DNA of 64,000 nt, taken from the NCBI GenBank assembly GCA_012295275.1, contig CM022674.1:10540001-10604000 (forward strand), in the 5' to 3' direction. A model generated the notes under the pieces. It was not told where the DNA came from, ran no database searches, and worked only from the letters and a program-made list of their open reading frames with translations. Shown here piece by piece: positions 28,535 to 40,481 of the stretch; position 1 is the stretch's first letter, and the number at the start of each line of letters is the position of its first letter. The position numbers and the translations under genes were made by a program. Source of the stretch: Chrysomallon squamiferum (lineage: Eukaryota; Animalia; Mollusca).

Positions 28535-31500
28535 TTATTTTATTTCATTTATTTATTTATTTATATATTTATAAAAAATGTTTACTAATTTTTAATAAAA
28601 ATAATGTGAGCCTCCATTGAATACACTTTAATATTTTCACCTGGCATAAATATACCAGAATATCCTTAATGGAAGATTGCTACTTCATAAATATTCACCT
28701 AGCAGTAAATGAATATTATATTGACAAAATATTTTATGCTGATTAAACAGGACTGATGAACTTCCGGATTCTTAAATATTGGTCCATTTATTCACTACAT
28801 TCCTTTTTCTTTTATTTAAATAATAAAAGATAAAAGTGAAATAATAAACTTAGAGTGACATTTTCTCTTTAATTGTAAATATAAAGAGACTTTTGCCACA
28901 TTGAAAATATTAATAATAAACAGTAATTTATTGGATGGTAGATTTTTTTTCTTTATACCTCGAACAAGCCTCAACTACTGATTGGGTTAGCTATTTTATA
29001 TAAAAATGAGTTAATTGTTAGTTATTAGAATCATTTTCAGAATATGACATTAATTTCTAACCTGTTATTTTCAGTACGTGGAATCCAAGAATTGTCGAAT
29101 GGAATTTCGATTTGGAATTTGTACACTGCGAATTCCTGTTGTCCTAGCCGTAGTTGGTACAGGCTATAAATGGGAGAGGTCAGAGGTCAGTGATGTTGTT
29201 ATGGTTAATACTGTGTTTCATAATCACATTGTTGTAAATTTGTAAAAGAATCATTAATGTTTTATAAAAGATATTTATATGTTGATTATTCTATTGTTAT
29301 TTTTATTTGATATACGTATATATATTAATAGAGATACATACATACATACATATATATATATATATTATGCTAATATTATGTTTTAATTTTAATTTAATTT
29401 TATATTTTATTATGATTTTAAATGTATAACCTGCTACGCACAATATACATATCAATCTACATAACAGATAATTTTGCATTGTTCACAGGTAGGACTGATT
29501 TCAGCAGGTAACGAGTGCCCCAAGGTCAATCTGCAGTATGACAATGAGGCTGGACTCCTTGACTTGTACACACTCATCAACGACATTGTCAGCAAAGCTC
29601 CAACAGACACAACTACAACACAGTCGGCATCAGAAATGAGGAAGACAGCATTTCAGGTTAAAATTATTACAATGATTATGTATTTTGTGAAACTGTGTAG
29701 TTTCTAAAAGGAAAAGAAAAAATACAAAAACTGTATATGTGAGTGTCAGTAAAGTGATTAATATGATGGGTTGGTGTGTAATATGGGTTGTTATGTTATA
29801 GATCAGTACAGATTTATAGAGTATTATAAAAATAAGGTGTGAAATTTTTGTTCAGTACTACTGAATATGTGAATCCTTTTTCTTTCATGTTGTTTTTTTA
29901 ATTTTTAATATTCTTACATGTAGGTGCTTCTATCCTTTTTTAAAATACATATTTTTATAACAGTGCTAAATAATTGGTTTTAACAGTTTAGAGTTGTTTT
30001 GTGTATCAGGAGGTTCTTGAGCTAGCACAGAGAAAGTTTTTACGACATCTAGAAAACTACGCCAGCTCACTGAACCGAGATGAGTTTCCGAATCTGGTGA
30101 CCATCGACCTCGCAGACGAGAACAAGAAAGAAGAAGACTCAGCTGAATGTAATGATGCAGTGTTTCATGCCGACGTAGCTGCAATATACGAGGTTAAGAC
30201 ATTGGACCAGGCAGAACAAGAAGACAAACTACAAAAAGCTCTTGACAGAAAAACTCAGCGGGTCAGTCCAAGATGGTTTACTTTTCATTTCTTGTTGATA
30301 TTTAAAAAAGGGAAATACTTTACAAGAAGAAAAGTACAGAATGTTAACAAAATGAATCAGATTTGTTAATTGAAAGTAGAAAGAAAAATGAAAGACAGAT
30401 AAAAGCAGCAGTAATAATAGCTAGCCAAAATGACAGATAATAATAGATATAAATGATAAAGAAATATATCCTTATAATTATTTAACTGAAAATGAAATGA
30501 AGAGACGCCTCATGTTGTTGTTTGGAAATATGGAGAACAAAAAACAAACGAAACTTTGTAAGAAAAAAATTATATCTAATGTTACTATGATATCTATAAT
30601 TTATACATTGTCATTGCATTTATCTGTTTTTTTTTGTTTCTTCAGGATCAAGAGAGGGAGAGAAAGAAATCTACAAAACAGTCTAAATACTGTTTTAAAA
30701 TACTGTGTGAATTTGAACAGGTAAGATTCCAGATATTATGTTGAATACATAAGGTAACAATTAATTTTTGAAATCTTAATAAATTAATTAACATACTTAT
30801 ATTACATTAAAAAATGGTTTTATATTAACAGTTATTAACAAACAGACATTTTATATTTGCTGCACAGTGATAATATGAGACAGGAAACTAATAACTGCAT
30901 TCAGCCTGGTAATTAACAATATGGTCTGTTTTATGCACCTTCCCATAGGCAGCACAGTACATACCTACACATTTGATACAAGAGGCGTTCATTGGATAAG
31001 AAGACATTTATTTTTAAGAAATTGAGGTTTAAAATTCAAAATTAAGATTTTTTGAGCAAATTTTAATGAGTAATAAGGTGTGTCTCATAACGCTGAGAAA
31101 TTAATCTGTAATTTGTTCAGTTCAAATGAAGAGCACAGTTTAATGAAATCAGACTTAGACAAGTTTTTGTTTTTTTAAATAAGTCTTAAAAGAATCAAAG
31201 ATGTATTACTCACAGACGCCCACAAACACACACTTATACAAACATATAGACTGTATACAAATAAATTAGGATTTCATTTTTACATTTACCCACATATGCA
31301 AACCTATATGTGTGATGAAATAGGAGAACCAGTCCAATGTTGTGCAATGTAATTTGGAGTTACAGCCTATTAATGCAGTACAATGCCTCAGTTTGTTTTT
31401 CACCATAAACAGTTTTGAAAACATCTTGACTTTCATGTCTCTGTAGGTTTTTTGCTGAAATCAGTCAATAAAACATGTTCTTTGTGTTTTTGTTTCACCT

Positions 31501-32162
31501 ATCAAAATCTTGATTAACAAAATTATGCTAAAACTACACACTTATTTTGCCATGTTTCATCTAAAATCTCTGATATTGCACACCCATGCATCACATACCA
31601 CTGATCTGTAGAATGTGATTTATCTTATTCCATCAAAACCTGAGTTTTGATAATTTTCACCATGTAACTGTTTATCCTATGTAACTGATACATGTGTAGT
31701 TTTAGCATAATTATTCTCAGAAGCAGTCAGCTATATATGTATATTCCACCAATAGCAGTCACAATTTATAATTTTTGTACTGATACTAACAAAGTATTTG
31801 ATTGTTAATACTGCAGGGTTGGCATTCAGTATCTGAAACGATTCCACTACCTGATTCAATCCATGACGATGAATCATTTCTGAAGTCTGTAGCACCGTAC
31901 TGTGCCCGTCTCTTTGCAATTCTCAAACACACCAGTGTCCAGCTCAATTGTCTGACCACAGCTGAAGGAGAGCAGCTGAGGAAGAAACTAGAGGAGGTAA
32001 CTAGACTGACCAGTTTTAACACTTATTTATTGACTTAATGATGATTTTTTCTTGTTTTTTTAATTTTTAATGTTTGTTTCATTTAATGTCAACTTTATTT
32101 TTATTTTATTTTTATTTTTAATTAAAAATATTTATAAGGCATTCTTCAATTTTAGATTCTGC

Positions 32163-32201
<39 letters not shown>

Positions 32202-33513
32202 ATTATTATTAATAGTAGTAGTAGTAGTATCTTAGTTTTAGTATTAATCTGTGCCTTTTATATTAACATAGGTTCCCTATTTGTGTTTTGACCTGCATTC
32301 AAATGTTTTAATTGTATGATGATTAATTTTTCATGTTGTGGTGTTTTAGTGGTGTGTTAAGATGACCCAGGAGTTTGAACAAGAATACACTCTCATGTTA
32401 AAAACTGTCATGGAGGCAGATGTGAAACACAGCATGGGAGGACTGAAAAGGTATACATCTGTCTCTGTGTCTGTCTGTCTGTCTTTGTGTGTGTGTTTTG
32501 TGCATTTATCTGAGCATTTTTGTAATGAAAAAAGAAAAGAGACAAAGAAAGAAAGAGAAAGAGTGTGTGGTGTGTATGTGTGTATATGTTTGCATGTGTT
32601 CATGCTCATATGTCTTCACCTGTATATGCTTAGATGCTTATTATGAGAGTTAAATCATATTATTAATTCCAGGATTATGGGGAAAGTAATAACATAAGAA
32701 ATATATAACAAATAGGTATTTTATAAGTTATTGACTGGACATTACCACTGTGTTTGAAAATGAACTGACAGTTAGATAGATCATCAGTTTGCTATAGAAG
32801 TAAACTTGTGCATGGTTGCAGGTGTCACATGACGAATGGAAAGGAGTTGTGGCTGTGTGCAGATCACCAGTCTCTGAGTGGGAGCAAGACAACTGAGCGC
32901 TACAAGGATCAGCTCAAATCTGTGGCCGACTCTGACATTCCAGACAAGTCACAAACCAAGTCTGATGCAGTAGGAAACTCTGAACCTGCAGTGGACAGTG
33001 AAAATGAAAGTAAACAAACTGGTGAGTGATCGATATTTCATTTGACACCTCGGTATAAATGTTAGTTAATATTACAAGTTTATGAGACGCAACAGAGGAA
33101 CCTCCAACCAAAGGACCAAAGAGGTACAAACCACATAATTTCTAGATTTTCATTTTTCTTTCTAAGTTTATTTGTTTCACTCATATGTATATTGACTGAA
33201 AAGGATTTTCATCATACTTGTTTAAAACATTAGTTACTTGACTGGGATATTAATCAACACTGTCTGAAATTCTGGTCTGTGGTCACCTCATATTTTCACA
33301 TACATTGTAAGGAAATTCACCAAGGGTGAATTGATTGATATGTGCTGTGATTTATTTCTTTATTATTTTAAACTTTATTTTTCAGAAATATCACAAACGA
33401 CAGACAGTGATAACAAAGATGAAGCTGAGTTGCCTCCCCTTGTAAAATCTCCAGTTCAGAAAGGCAAAAAGAAACTGAAGAGACAGACATCACAGGCCTG
33501 TTCTGTTATGTAA
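666..33513 (+). CDS. Giant multidomain ROCO protein (LRR, pseudoRoc-COR, SPRY-like, MBT, LRR, Roc, COR, TIR x2, C-terminal Cys/His module, CaaX), ~51 coding exons, ~2,800 aa
   Basis: Hand-spliced exons with consistent phase: 666-1088, 1413-1619, 2008-2221, 2681-2868, 3501-3632, 4138-4286, 4861-4987, 5282-5497, 6235-6450, 6771-6875, 7618-7825, 8372-8502, 9138-9168, 9538-9644, 10678-10892, 11549-11858, 12499-12583, 12923-13090, 13311-13390, 13627-13747, 14888-15088, 15575-15690, 16240-16431, 16601-17320, 17739-17883, 18292-18480, 18848-19013, 19218-19392, 19933-20079, 20356-20445, 20811-~20980, 21896-22042, 22311-22475, 22982-23080, 23567-23661, 24443-24590, 24891-25008, 25282-25483, 25887-25953, 26407-26568, 26978-27070, 27488-27667, 28290-28361, 29075-29185, 29489-29656, 30010-30261, 30646-30720, 31817-31996, 32350-32450, 32822-33021, 33386-33513. 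Two lesions: in-frame TGA at 2734-2736 and a missing donor near 20980. Confidence 0.85.
1413..2221 (+). CDS. ROCO exons 2-3: cysteine-containing (FBXL/AMN1-type) leucine-rich repeats
   Basis: NVMKINLTGCYHISDRGVFWL, NLHSLNLMSCVRVTECSLSSI and NLTSLTITGT match the LxxLxLxxCxxITDxG pattern. Confidence 0.75.
2681..8502 (+). CDS. ROCO exons 4-12: degenerate (pseudo) Roc-COR tandem
   Basis: KVMII*RRSVQLSLLKLI (P-loop position), AHLFFSKRTCFVLPY (cf. THQFFLSNRAVYLL), LVGIN (cf. VVGTH), ALSFLHMMG (cf. QFLHDLG), VVKTTWL (cf. VIYPQWI), LWRTG (cf. MWKKG), in the same order as in the intact Roc-COR downstream. Confidence 0.65.
12499..13390 (+). CDS. ROCO exons 17-19: MBT (malignant brain tumour) repeat
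   Basis: IEPGMRLEALDLLNPSLICAASV / WLIHFDGWTNRYDY...HLHPLGY...LQAP / FSWPQYLKEVKAQPVPWEHF are typical MBT core and arm motifs. Confidence 0.9.
14075..14910 (+). repeat. 35-bp minisatellite made of splice-acceptor plus exon-start copies
   Basis: Unit tttcagctttggagaagtatataaaactaaaatat, about 24 copies; the last copy is the acceptor of exon 14888 (tttcag|CTTTGGAGAAGTATGTAAAACTGAAG). Confidence 0.92.
15258..15420. repeat. 33-bp minisatellite, about 5 copies
   Basis: Unit gagttatattagaattctatgtagtgacataat. Confidence 0.8.
16601..18480 (+). CDS. ROCO exons 24-26: typical leucine-rich repeat array
   Basis: Repeated LxxLxLxxNxL, e.g. MTKLDFQNNSI, LVCLDVSHNRL, LKKLSLNYNKI, LEKLNLSNHAF. Confidence 0.92.
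18470..18788 (+). repeat. 56-bp minisatellite derived from the exon-26 donor
   Basis: cactcacag|gtaat recurs at 18478, 18536, 18592, 18648, 18704 and 18760. Confidence 0.9.
18848..25008 (+). CDS. ROCO exons 27-37: intact Roc GTPase plus COR domain
   Basis: TPPKEIVARG linker; KLMMVGLGGAGKTS (G1), ITDGIDI (G2), WDFAGQ (G3), VGTHCD (G4), VSS (G5); COR motifs QFLHDLG, VIYPQWI, VPCLLP, YLPAGLFNR, MWKKG, PCMDC. Confidence 0.95.
19337..19850 (+). repeat. Degenerate tandem copies of the Roc G3 exon end plus donor
   Basis: The exon end attgtttacagtgtctgggattttgctggccagacagtttactacaatacacatcag|gt is re-found, decayed, near 19465, 19546, 19655 and 19800. Confidence 0.85.
20981..21560 (+). repeat. ~53-bp minisatellite containing acacagag|gtactg donor-like units
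   Basis: Unit acacagaggtactgaattaaaattaactaaacttttagactgatttctctgaa, starting exactly where exon 31 breaks off. Confidence 0.85.
22615..22925. repeat. Degenerate ~46-bp intronic tandem repeat
   Basis: Recurring gtacaga..g..caaattgtgat.gct.taggagtca pattern. Confidence 0.6.
23441..23560. repeat. 20-bp tandem repeat abutting the acceptor at 23566
   Basis: aacatttatttataaacatc, about 6 copies. Confidence 0.8.
25282..29656 (+). CDS. ROCO exons 38-45: two tandem TIR (TIR_2-like) domains
   Basis: TIR-a: FFLYS...LTLSLKSAQVVLIGMSDEFVENEQC. TIR-b: CFISYCW...CWLDVERM...IAEGLRKAKVMVACVSDEYVESKNCRMEF...PVVLAVV. Confidence 0.85.
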
Positions 33514-34194
33514 ATTCTGAAGTACTTTTTTTTTTTCTCCTTTTTTTAGAAGAAAAGAAGAAAATATGAGAGGTGGTTAAATGCAGTTGTTTACTTGTGT
33601 GAGTAAACATTTCAGTAAACCAATGTATTCAAATTGCTGTTCAAACTGCTGTTTAAGTAAATAGTTATGTAAACTTAGACAACAGTTTGTAAACCTGTTT
33701 ATAATGAGTTATATAAGTAAATATAAATATACATATTCTGTAGCACAAAAACATTTTTAATGTATAATATTTTCTCAAAATTTATAAATATTTAATTTAA
33801 GATAACAAAGATAATTAAAATTATAATAATAGTGAAAATTGAAACTGGTAAACTGATCTGAAACTTTTAATATGATCTATATGATAAAAAAAAAAATTTC
33901 CTAAAGGATTTATGAATAATATGAAAATAAAATATCACATAATGTAAAAATTATGCTTATTAATAAAATTCACCATAAAATTGCAAAGATTAAAGTTCTT
34001 TTTCCATTCCTGTGTGAAAATATCTTGATTAGCAATTTTCATGTTTTGAAGCAGTTTAATAACTCAGGTTTTGCACAGGCAGCATTATGAAAACAGCCAA
34101 GTATTTCAATAAACTGTAAATATTGTTTATTTTAGTTATTTGTTTTATTTTATTTATTTATTTATTAATTTTTTGTTTGTTTGTTAAGCAGCTC

Positions 34195-34830
34195 ATTTGA
34201 ACCAGTTTCATTTTGTGATGTATTACTTTAGAAACCAGTTTTATTTTGTTGACATATTTCCTAAGAAATCAGTTTTGTATTGTGATGTATTTATTTCTTT
34301 AAAAACCAATTTTTTTTTATTGTGATGTATTTCTTTAAAAATCAATTTTATATTGTGATGTATTTTCTAAGAAATCAGTTGTATACTGTGATGTATTTCT
34401 TTAGAAATCAATTGTATGGTGTGATATATTTAAGTTATTTTTTATTGTGATGTATTTCTTAAGAAATACATTTTATATTTTGATGTATTTCCTTAGAAAC
34501 CAGTTTTATATTGTGATGTATTTCCTTAGAAACCAATTTTATATTGTGACGTATTTCATAAGAAATCAATTTTTTATTGTGATGCATTTCTAAAGAAACC
34601 AATTTTATATTCTGATGTATTTCTTTGTATATCTATTTTATATTGATATATATTTGTTAGAAACAAATTTTTTATTGTGATATCTTTCAGAATTCAGTTT
34701 CACTGTGCATGTGATACATTTAATCAGAAACTATTCATTGTTTATTGTGATGTATTTTCATAGAAACCAATTTTATACTGTGATATACTTCTATAGAAAC
34801 CAGTTTTATTGTAATACGTGACATATTTAT
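34195..34830. repeat. Degenerate ~33-bp tandem repeat downstream of the ROCO stop
   Basis: Recurring ttattgtgatgtatttc.tagaaaccaatttt. Confidence 0.8.
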
Positions 34831-36345
34831 TTAAAACCTGGTATTTATTAATATTATCATTGAATATTATGATATACTCTTTAGATACCACTGTCTAAGG
34901 GTATATATAATATCTGCTGGGCTGTCACACTGGATATTTCATATATCTAGTTAAAATCTGATCTCTTTGTATTTTGTGATGTATCCACAAACCATGATAT
35001 TATTCTGTGATGTATTGTTTTTCTAATAGTTTACATGATATATTCTACTAGGCATTATGTAAAATAATTACTATTGATATAAATATATTGTTTTATACTT
35101 CAGCTATTTATTGATATTATTTATATCTTTGCCTACTATGTTTTGTCTAATTTTTTTTTGATAAGGGTATTTTTTAAATCATGTTTTTAATTTATATATT
35201 GTTCTAATATTTAATGTCATTACTATAATCAAATTAACTTATTTTTTATATGTATATTCTATTAACATACGCACAAAAAAAATATAAAGAAATAAATTTG
35301 TATTTTGTTTGTTAGCATATTTGAATAAATATATCAGTGATGTTGTACTTTACATAATCTGACAGGATACACTAAAAACTGTTATTATGACTTCTTTTTA
35401 TATTACATTTTATTAGATAAGTAAACTAAGTGTTTAAAACATATCTATCTCATGAAAATCTGATTTAGAATAATACCATTTTATAAATTATTTATTTTTA
35501 AATAATCATATTTTGTTGTTGTTGGTCATGGTTTTTGACTAAGTGCAATATAATATAGCCAATATTAATAAGAGCATTTTTAATATTATGTTGGACTCAT
35601 TTTTTAAATACAACATTCTATTTATGATGTTTATCATCTTTTTTTTTTCTCCATTTTATCTGTTTTAATCCACTGAAGAAAAGTGTTGTGTATCAACTCA
35701 TATTTTGATCATTTCTAGACTTGTGTATATGAAAGTAAATAAGTAAATAATAAAATAATAATTATAGTAAAAATAATAATAATTAAAAATGTAGTAATAA
35801 CGATTCCCAATAATAATAATTAAAATGTAGTAATAACGATTCCCACCATGTTAATGAAACAGCAGTCTAGTTAAATGTTTTATATTTCCTTTTACAATTA
35901 ACTCATTTTAATACATTAAATCTTAAGTATTGTGCTGTTCTCTTAGATATTTTCTGTTTGTAACTATAATTATTATTCATCAAAGATGTTTAATACAATG
36001 TTTCACTTGTGTACAATATTCAAAAATCCACAAGATATTTTATGTAGTTTATGTAACACTAAATAATTCACATTTTAATACTGTTGTGTATCTTAAAATA
36101 AAATCAGTTACTGTAAACAGCAATAAAACTGTGAATTATAGGGTTTTTTTTGTTGTTGTTGTTGTTTTTTTTTTTTTTTAAATTTTATTAATTAATGCAT
36201 TTATGTTTATATATAAAAAATAAAAACACCAATAAATAAAATTATTTTTGTTAAGCACTAATTTAATAAGCACCTATAATAATTGTTTAGATTAAAATAT
36301 TTAAGAAACTACTTATTCTTTCTCTCTGTCTGTGTCTCTCTAGCC

Positions 36346-37195
36346 CAGTTATTCTCAAAGGGTGTGCCCAGGCACTCTGGTGCACATGGAGACATGCTTA
36401 GGTGTGCCCCACACAATTCTAGGATCTAGGTAGATATTTGTGATGATACAAAATTGATTACAGTAAACATAGAAAGATATCCAGTAAGAAATAGCCAATT
36501 GCCCGGAAAAGATTTGTAAACTCGTTTGAAACGAGTTTTGGCTGATGAGCAAGCGCGGCTGCTCAAAGCTGTGCAGTAGTTTACCAGTGACAGTATGAGT
36601 GACAGGGTGTGCATGAATGATAAATAGCCAAAGTTTTCTTGTGACACATATTCCTATCACTGTCACAGTCATTATCCTTCTAAAGCTTTAATACTGTATG
36701 GAATTTAAGCCTATTATATTTATTGAAAGCAAACAACTGATAAAGGTTTTCCCTCACTGCACAATGTACACCATTAAAAAAATAGCCTTTGTACAGGTTT
36801 TTTTTTTTTTTTTTTTTTTTTTGACATTTTGAACAGGCCATTGCTTTGTATCTCATAATATTTTTGAATAAATAGCAAAGACACACCAGGCTCATACTTC
36901 TCATCAGCACAATAGAGGATCAATAAAGGTATATATTCATACAAGGACAGTAACTCTAAATATATCAGTGAACATCTCTAACACAAGGGAGGTAATTCTA
37001 AATATATCAGTGAATATCTCACACTCAAGGGCAGTAACTCTAAATATATCAGTGAACATCTCTCACAAGAACCGTTTATACTCGATATATCCTTCTTTCA
37101 GTTATTTCTGTATATTTTAACATTTTGTATTATATTTTTAGCATTTTCTGTGTAGTGTGCCCTCAGTTTTGTGTTAGGCTTCAAGTGTGCCACGA
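36346..37195 (+). mobile_element. Non-autonomous hAT (Charlie-like) element, left part, right TIR missing
   Basis: Starts CAGTTATTCTCAAAG with gtgtgccc subterminal motifs; contains 3 copies of a ~41-bp repeat (36940-37066); 37020-37195 is homologous to 52456-52735. Confidence 0.65.
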
Positions 37196-37287
37196 CTAGT
37201 ATATAAATAATTAAAATAAAGAAACAACAAGCATAAAATGTAGGAATCACACAAACTTTTTATTCTTAGCTACTATTTTGCTGATAC

Positions 37288-37752
37288 CTGATCCAAGATC
37301 TTTTATTTCTTCATTGTCACTGAATTCATCAACATCTTTAATTATTTCTGAGGTTTACATTAGCCATTCAGCATCAGATTTCCCATCTGACTGAGGACTT
37401 TCACTGTTGTGCTGATGGGAGTCATAAATAGATGCTTCATCTTTATGTGTAGCAACATTTTCTATTTTCTTCTGAATTCTTTACTTTGGTTTAGCTGCAC
37501 CCTCTGACTGGCTGAGGTCAGGTTCAACATGTTCACGGTCAGTAAGAGATAAATTAACATCATTAATAAATTCATTCTTGCTTGATTTGTTTTCTTTCTC
37601 TACATCAGAAACTGTGAGGATCATATTGTCATTTTTGATTTCTCTGTGTGCTTTGATACCACTTCCATCATTTTCAAATAACATGGGTCCATCAACGAGC
37701 TGGTTATCAGTTGTCAGCCCATCTTCATGAACAGATCTAAGGAAGAAAGAAC
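37288..37752 (-). pseudogene. Decayed coding-like exon (acidic, low complexity) with two in-frame TAA stops
   Basis: AG acceptor after the (CT)n tract, gtatca donor, 465 nt, phase 1-1; one frame reads GSFFLRSVHEDGL...AAKPK*RIQKK...AEWLM*TSEIIKDVDEFSDNEEIKDLGS. Confidence 0.45.
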
Positions 37753-37753
37753 C

Positions 37754-37937
<184 letters not shown>

Positions 37938-39010
37938 ATATTGCAAAGAAAACGTAGAGACTAATCAAGATATGAACAAGAATATGGTGCTGTTAATTAC
38001 AAGTTTTACCTCTTTTTTCTTCTTTTTACTTATATATATATATATATATATAAATATATATATACATTTTTTTTTTCCAGTAGTGATCAACATTGAATAC
38101 TTTGTCAAACAAGGGTTAACAGTAACATTTCTGCTCCTCCCTATTGTTCTCTAAATATCCTTTAATGTTAATATACTTTGTAATGTGTCTGAATATTTTC
38201 TTTAACATTAAAAGTAAAATGATACCTTTCTGATCGCTGATACTACAGGTGACTCAGATAGAAACTTTCCCACGATATGTAAATCATGGTTGACTGGAAG
38301 ATGATGAAATCATCCCACTGGTACGATTATTCTATTACAGTGAACACTGAGAAATAAATATTTGACGTAATGTTCACACTTCTTTGTTAAGAAAGGCTCA
38401 CACAAGAATTAGGTTGCTGACACTGTTCTGTGATACCAGACTACTCAGCAAACCACTTAGAATACAGAGGATGATTCACTAATGTGGATACTTGGAGTGA
38501 AAAGATGGATTATAATTAATACCTCAGACTTTCCAAATAGCACATTTATAAAATATCATAACATACCTGAAAATTTACAAACAGTCTTTGTCAACAGTTT
38601 GTTGTTTTTTTGTTCTTTTGTTTCTGTAGACAAAGAAAAAATACTTCTACCTCATAATTATTTTTAGAGGATTATATTTACATTTAGTATAAAAAGAAAA
38701 CAAGAAAAGAAGTGACATATTTTATAAATATTTTATTTTGTTAAGCAGAAGTATATGTATTATCAAACATTTCATGTTTTTAAAGTAATATAAAATAAGT
38801 AAATATTTACAGTATATTTTTATGGCTAATTACAAAAGCATCAAATAGGCTGCAGATTAAAGAGAAATGAAAACAAATGATTATTTTCCAAATGTTATTT
38901 ATTTATATGTAAAAGGTACCAGTGATGGGTAAACATTAAATCTATTTCTTATACTCCATACTTCTGAGGGCCAAAAATCACAAAATTTAAAAGAATTTTA
39001 TATAAATATA

Positions 39011-39065
<55 letters not shown>

Positions 39066-39931
39066 TTTATAAAATAACAAAGAAACAAAAATAACTTTAA
39101 ATCAATTAATTAGCATTTATACCAGCTTTACTTTTTTTTCTTTTTTTATGTCACCTACACATATTGAATATATTCTAAGCCAAACTGAATGACAAATTGA
39201 AAATGTAAATGTGAAAAAGAAAAAGAAATAAACTAACAATTCTTATATGTCCAAACAACTGTCTGCCTGTTTTGGGTATTCTGTGTTTGTTGATGTGCAA
39301 ATATGTAAGATGAAGGATTATTTATTTTGTAAGGCATGATTAGTTTTTAAACAAATAAAAAAAAAAAAAAATAATAATGATAAAAAAATATGTTAAAGAA
39401 AAACTATTCTACCACACAACTTTCAGTTCAGAAATACATTCTGCATGTTAGTAGGTTTGTAACAATACAATTAAACTGCCTAAAAATACAAAGAAGAAGA
39501 AGAAAAAATAAAATCATACAATCTCAGTATCATTTGCATAAAATGTCAATTTTAGATAATGTTATTGACATAAAATCTTAAAACATTTACAATGAACATG
39601 GATTGAAACTTATTTTGAATTAATTAGTATTACTATTAGTAATTATTAAAACCTTAATTATAAGAAAATTACTCATAGTAACACTGGAATAATTACAAAA
39701 TTAAAATTACTGAGCTCCTGATGAATTTGACAATGTTTTGAAGTAGCCTAAATTACTAATCAGTAATAAAAGCTATATTGGAGCTAATACTGCTCTGTCA
39801 GTGATTTAATATAAACATGTGTACCTGTGTGTGAATGTGTGTTCTGTTGTTTGTCATTTCATTTTCAAAAGAAAATTACCAATATCAAGTTGTTAGTTAA
39901 ATTGGTTATTTTTTCTATGTAATTACATATA

Positions 39932-40481
39932 CAGTGGTACCTTGACTTACGAGTGCACCAACTTACAAGTTTTCCCAGTTATGAGCAGTCGTCCAGTTGA
40001 TTTTTTTTATTTGCACTGTGACCCAAAATCCGAGTTACGAGTGAGCTTCAGATAAGCTGCCACCAGTTGGCGCAATGAACAACACAACATCCACCCAGCA
40101 TCCCGCGACTCACTCATTTACTTCAGGTACCTCCCTGTGGAAGCATCTGCTGTGCTGTGCTTGTGTTTTGTTCAGCATTTTGCCAAAAAGGACATGTTCT
40201 GATAATGGATCCTAGGTGTTTTCAGTTAGGCCAAGTTGTCTGATATCCAAGATAAATAAACTTTACAAAACCAATTTATTTCTTTACATTCTTTTTTATT
40301 ATTCTTTTTTTATACAATATTTGTCATTTACAAACACATTACAAAATACTGGGGTGGTTTTTTGGGGGGCTGGAACAGATTAATGGTAGTTCAATTAATT
40401 TCAGTTGAGGAAAGTGATTTGACATATGAGCTAATTTGGTCAGGAAACAAATTATTAAACTCATAAGTCAAGATACCACTG
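39932..40481. mobile_element. Tigger/pogo-like (Tc1/mariner superfamily) MITE, ~550 bp
   Basis: TIRs CAGTGGTACCTTGACTTACGAG ... CTCATAAGTCAAGATACCACTG; TA on the left, TC on the right (mutated TA target duplication). Confidence 0.8.

Noticed and set aside
30915-30995. Fragments here and at ~15180-15245 resembling a SINE-like repeat I recall from gastropod genomes
   Set aside because: Too short and decayed to support without a repeat-library search; only a weak taxonomic hint.
33514-36300. SECIS element for the in-frame TGA
   Set aside because: No convincing AUGA-AA-GA hairpin visible by eye.
39018-39063. Long poly-A run as a retrocopy tail
   Set aside because: No recognisable element body or target duplication.
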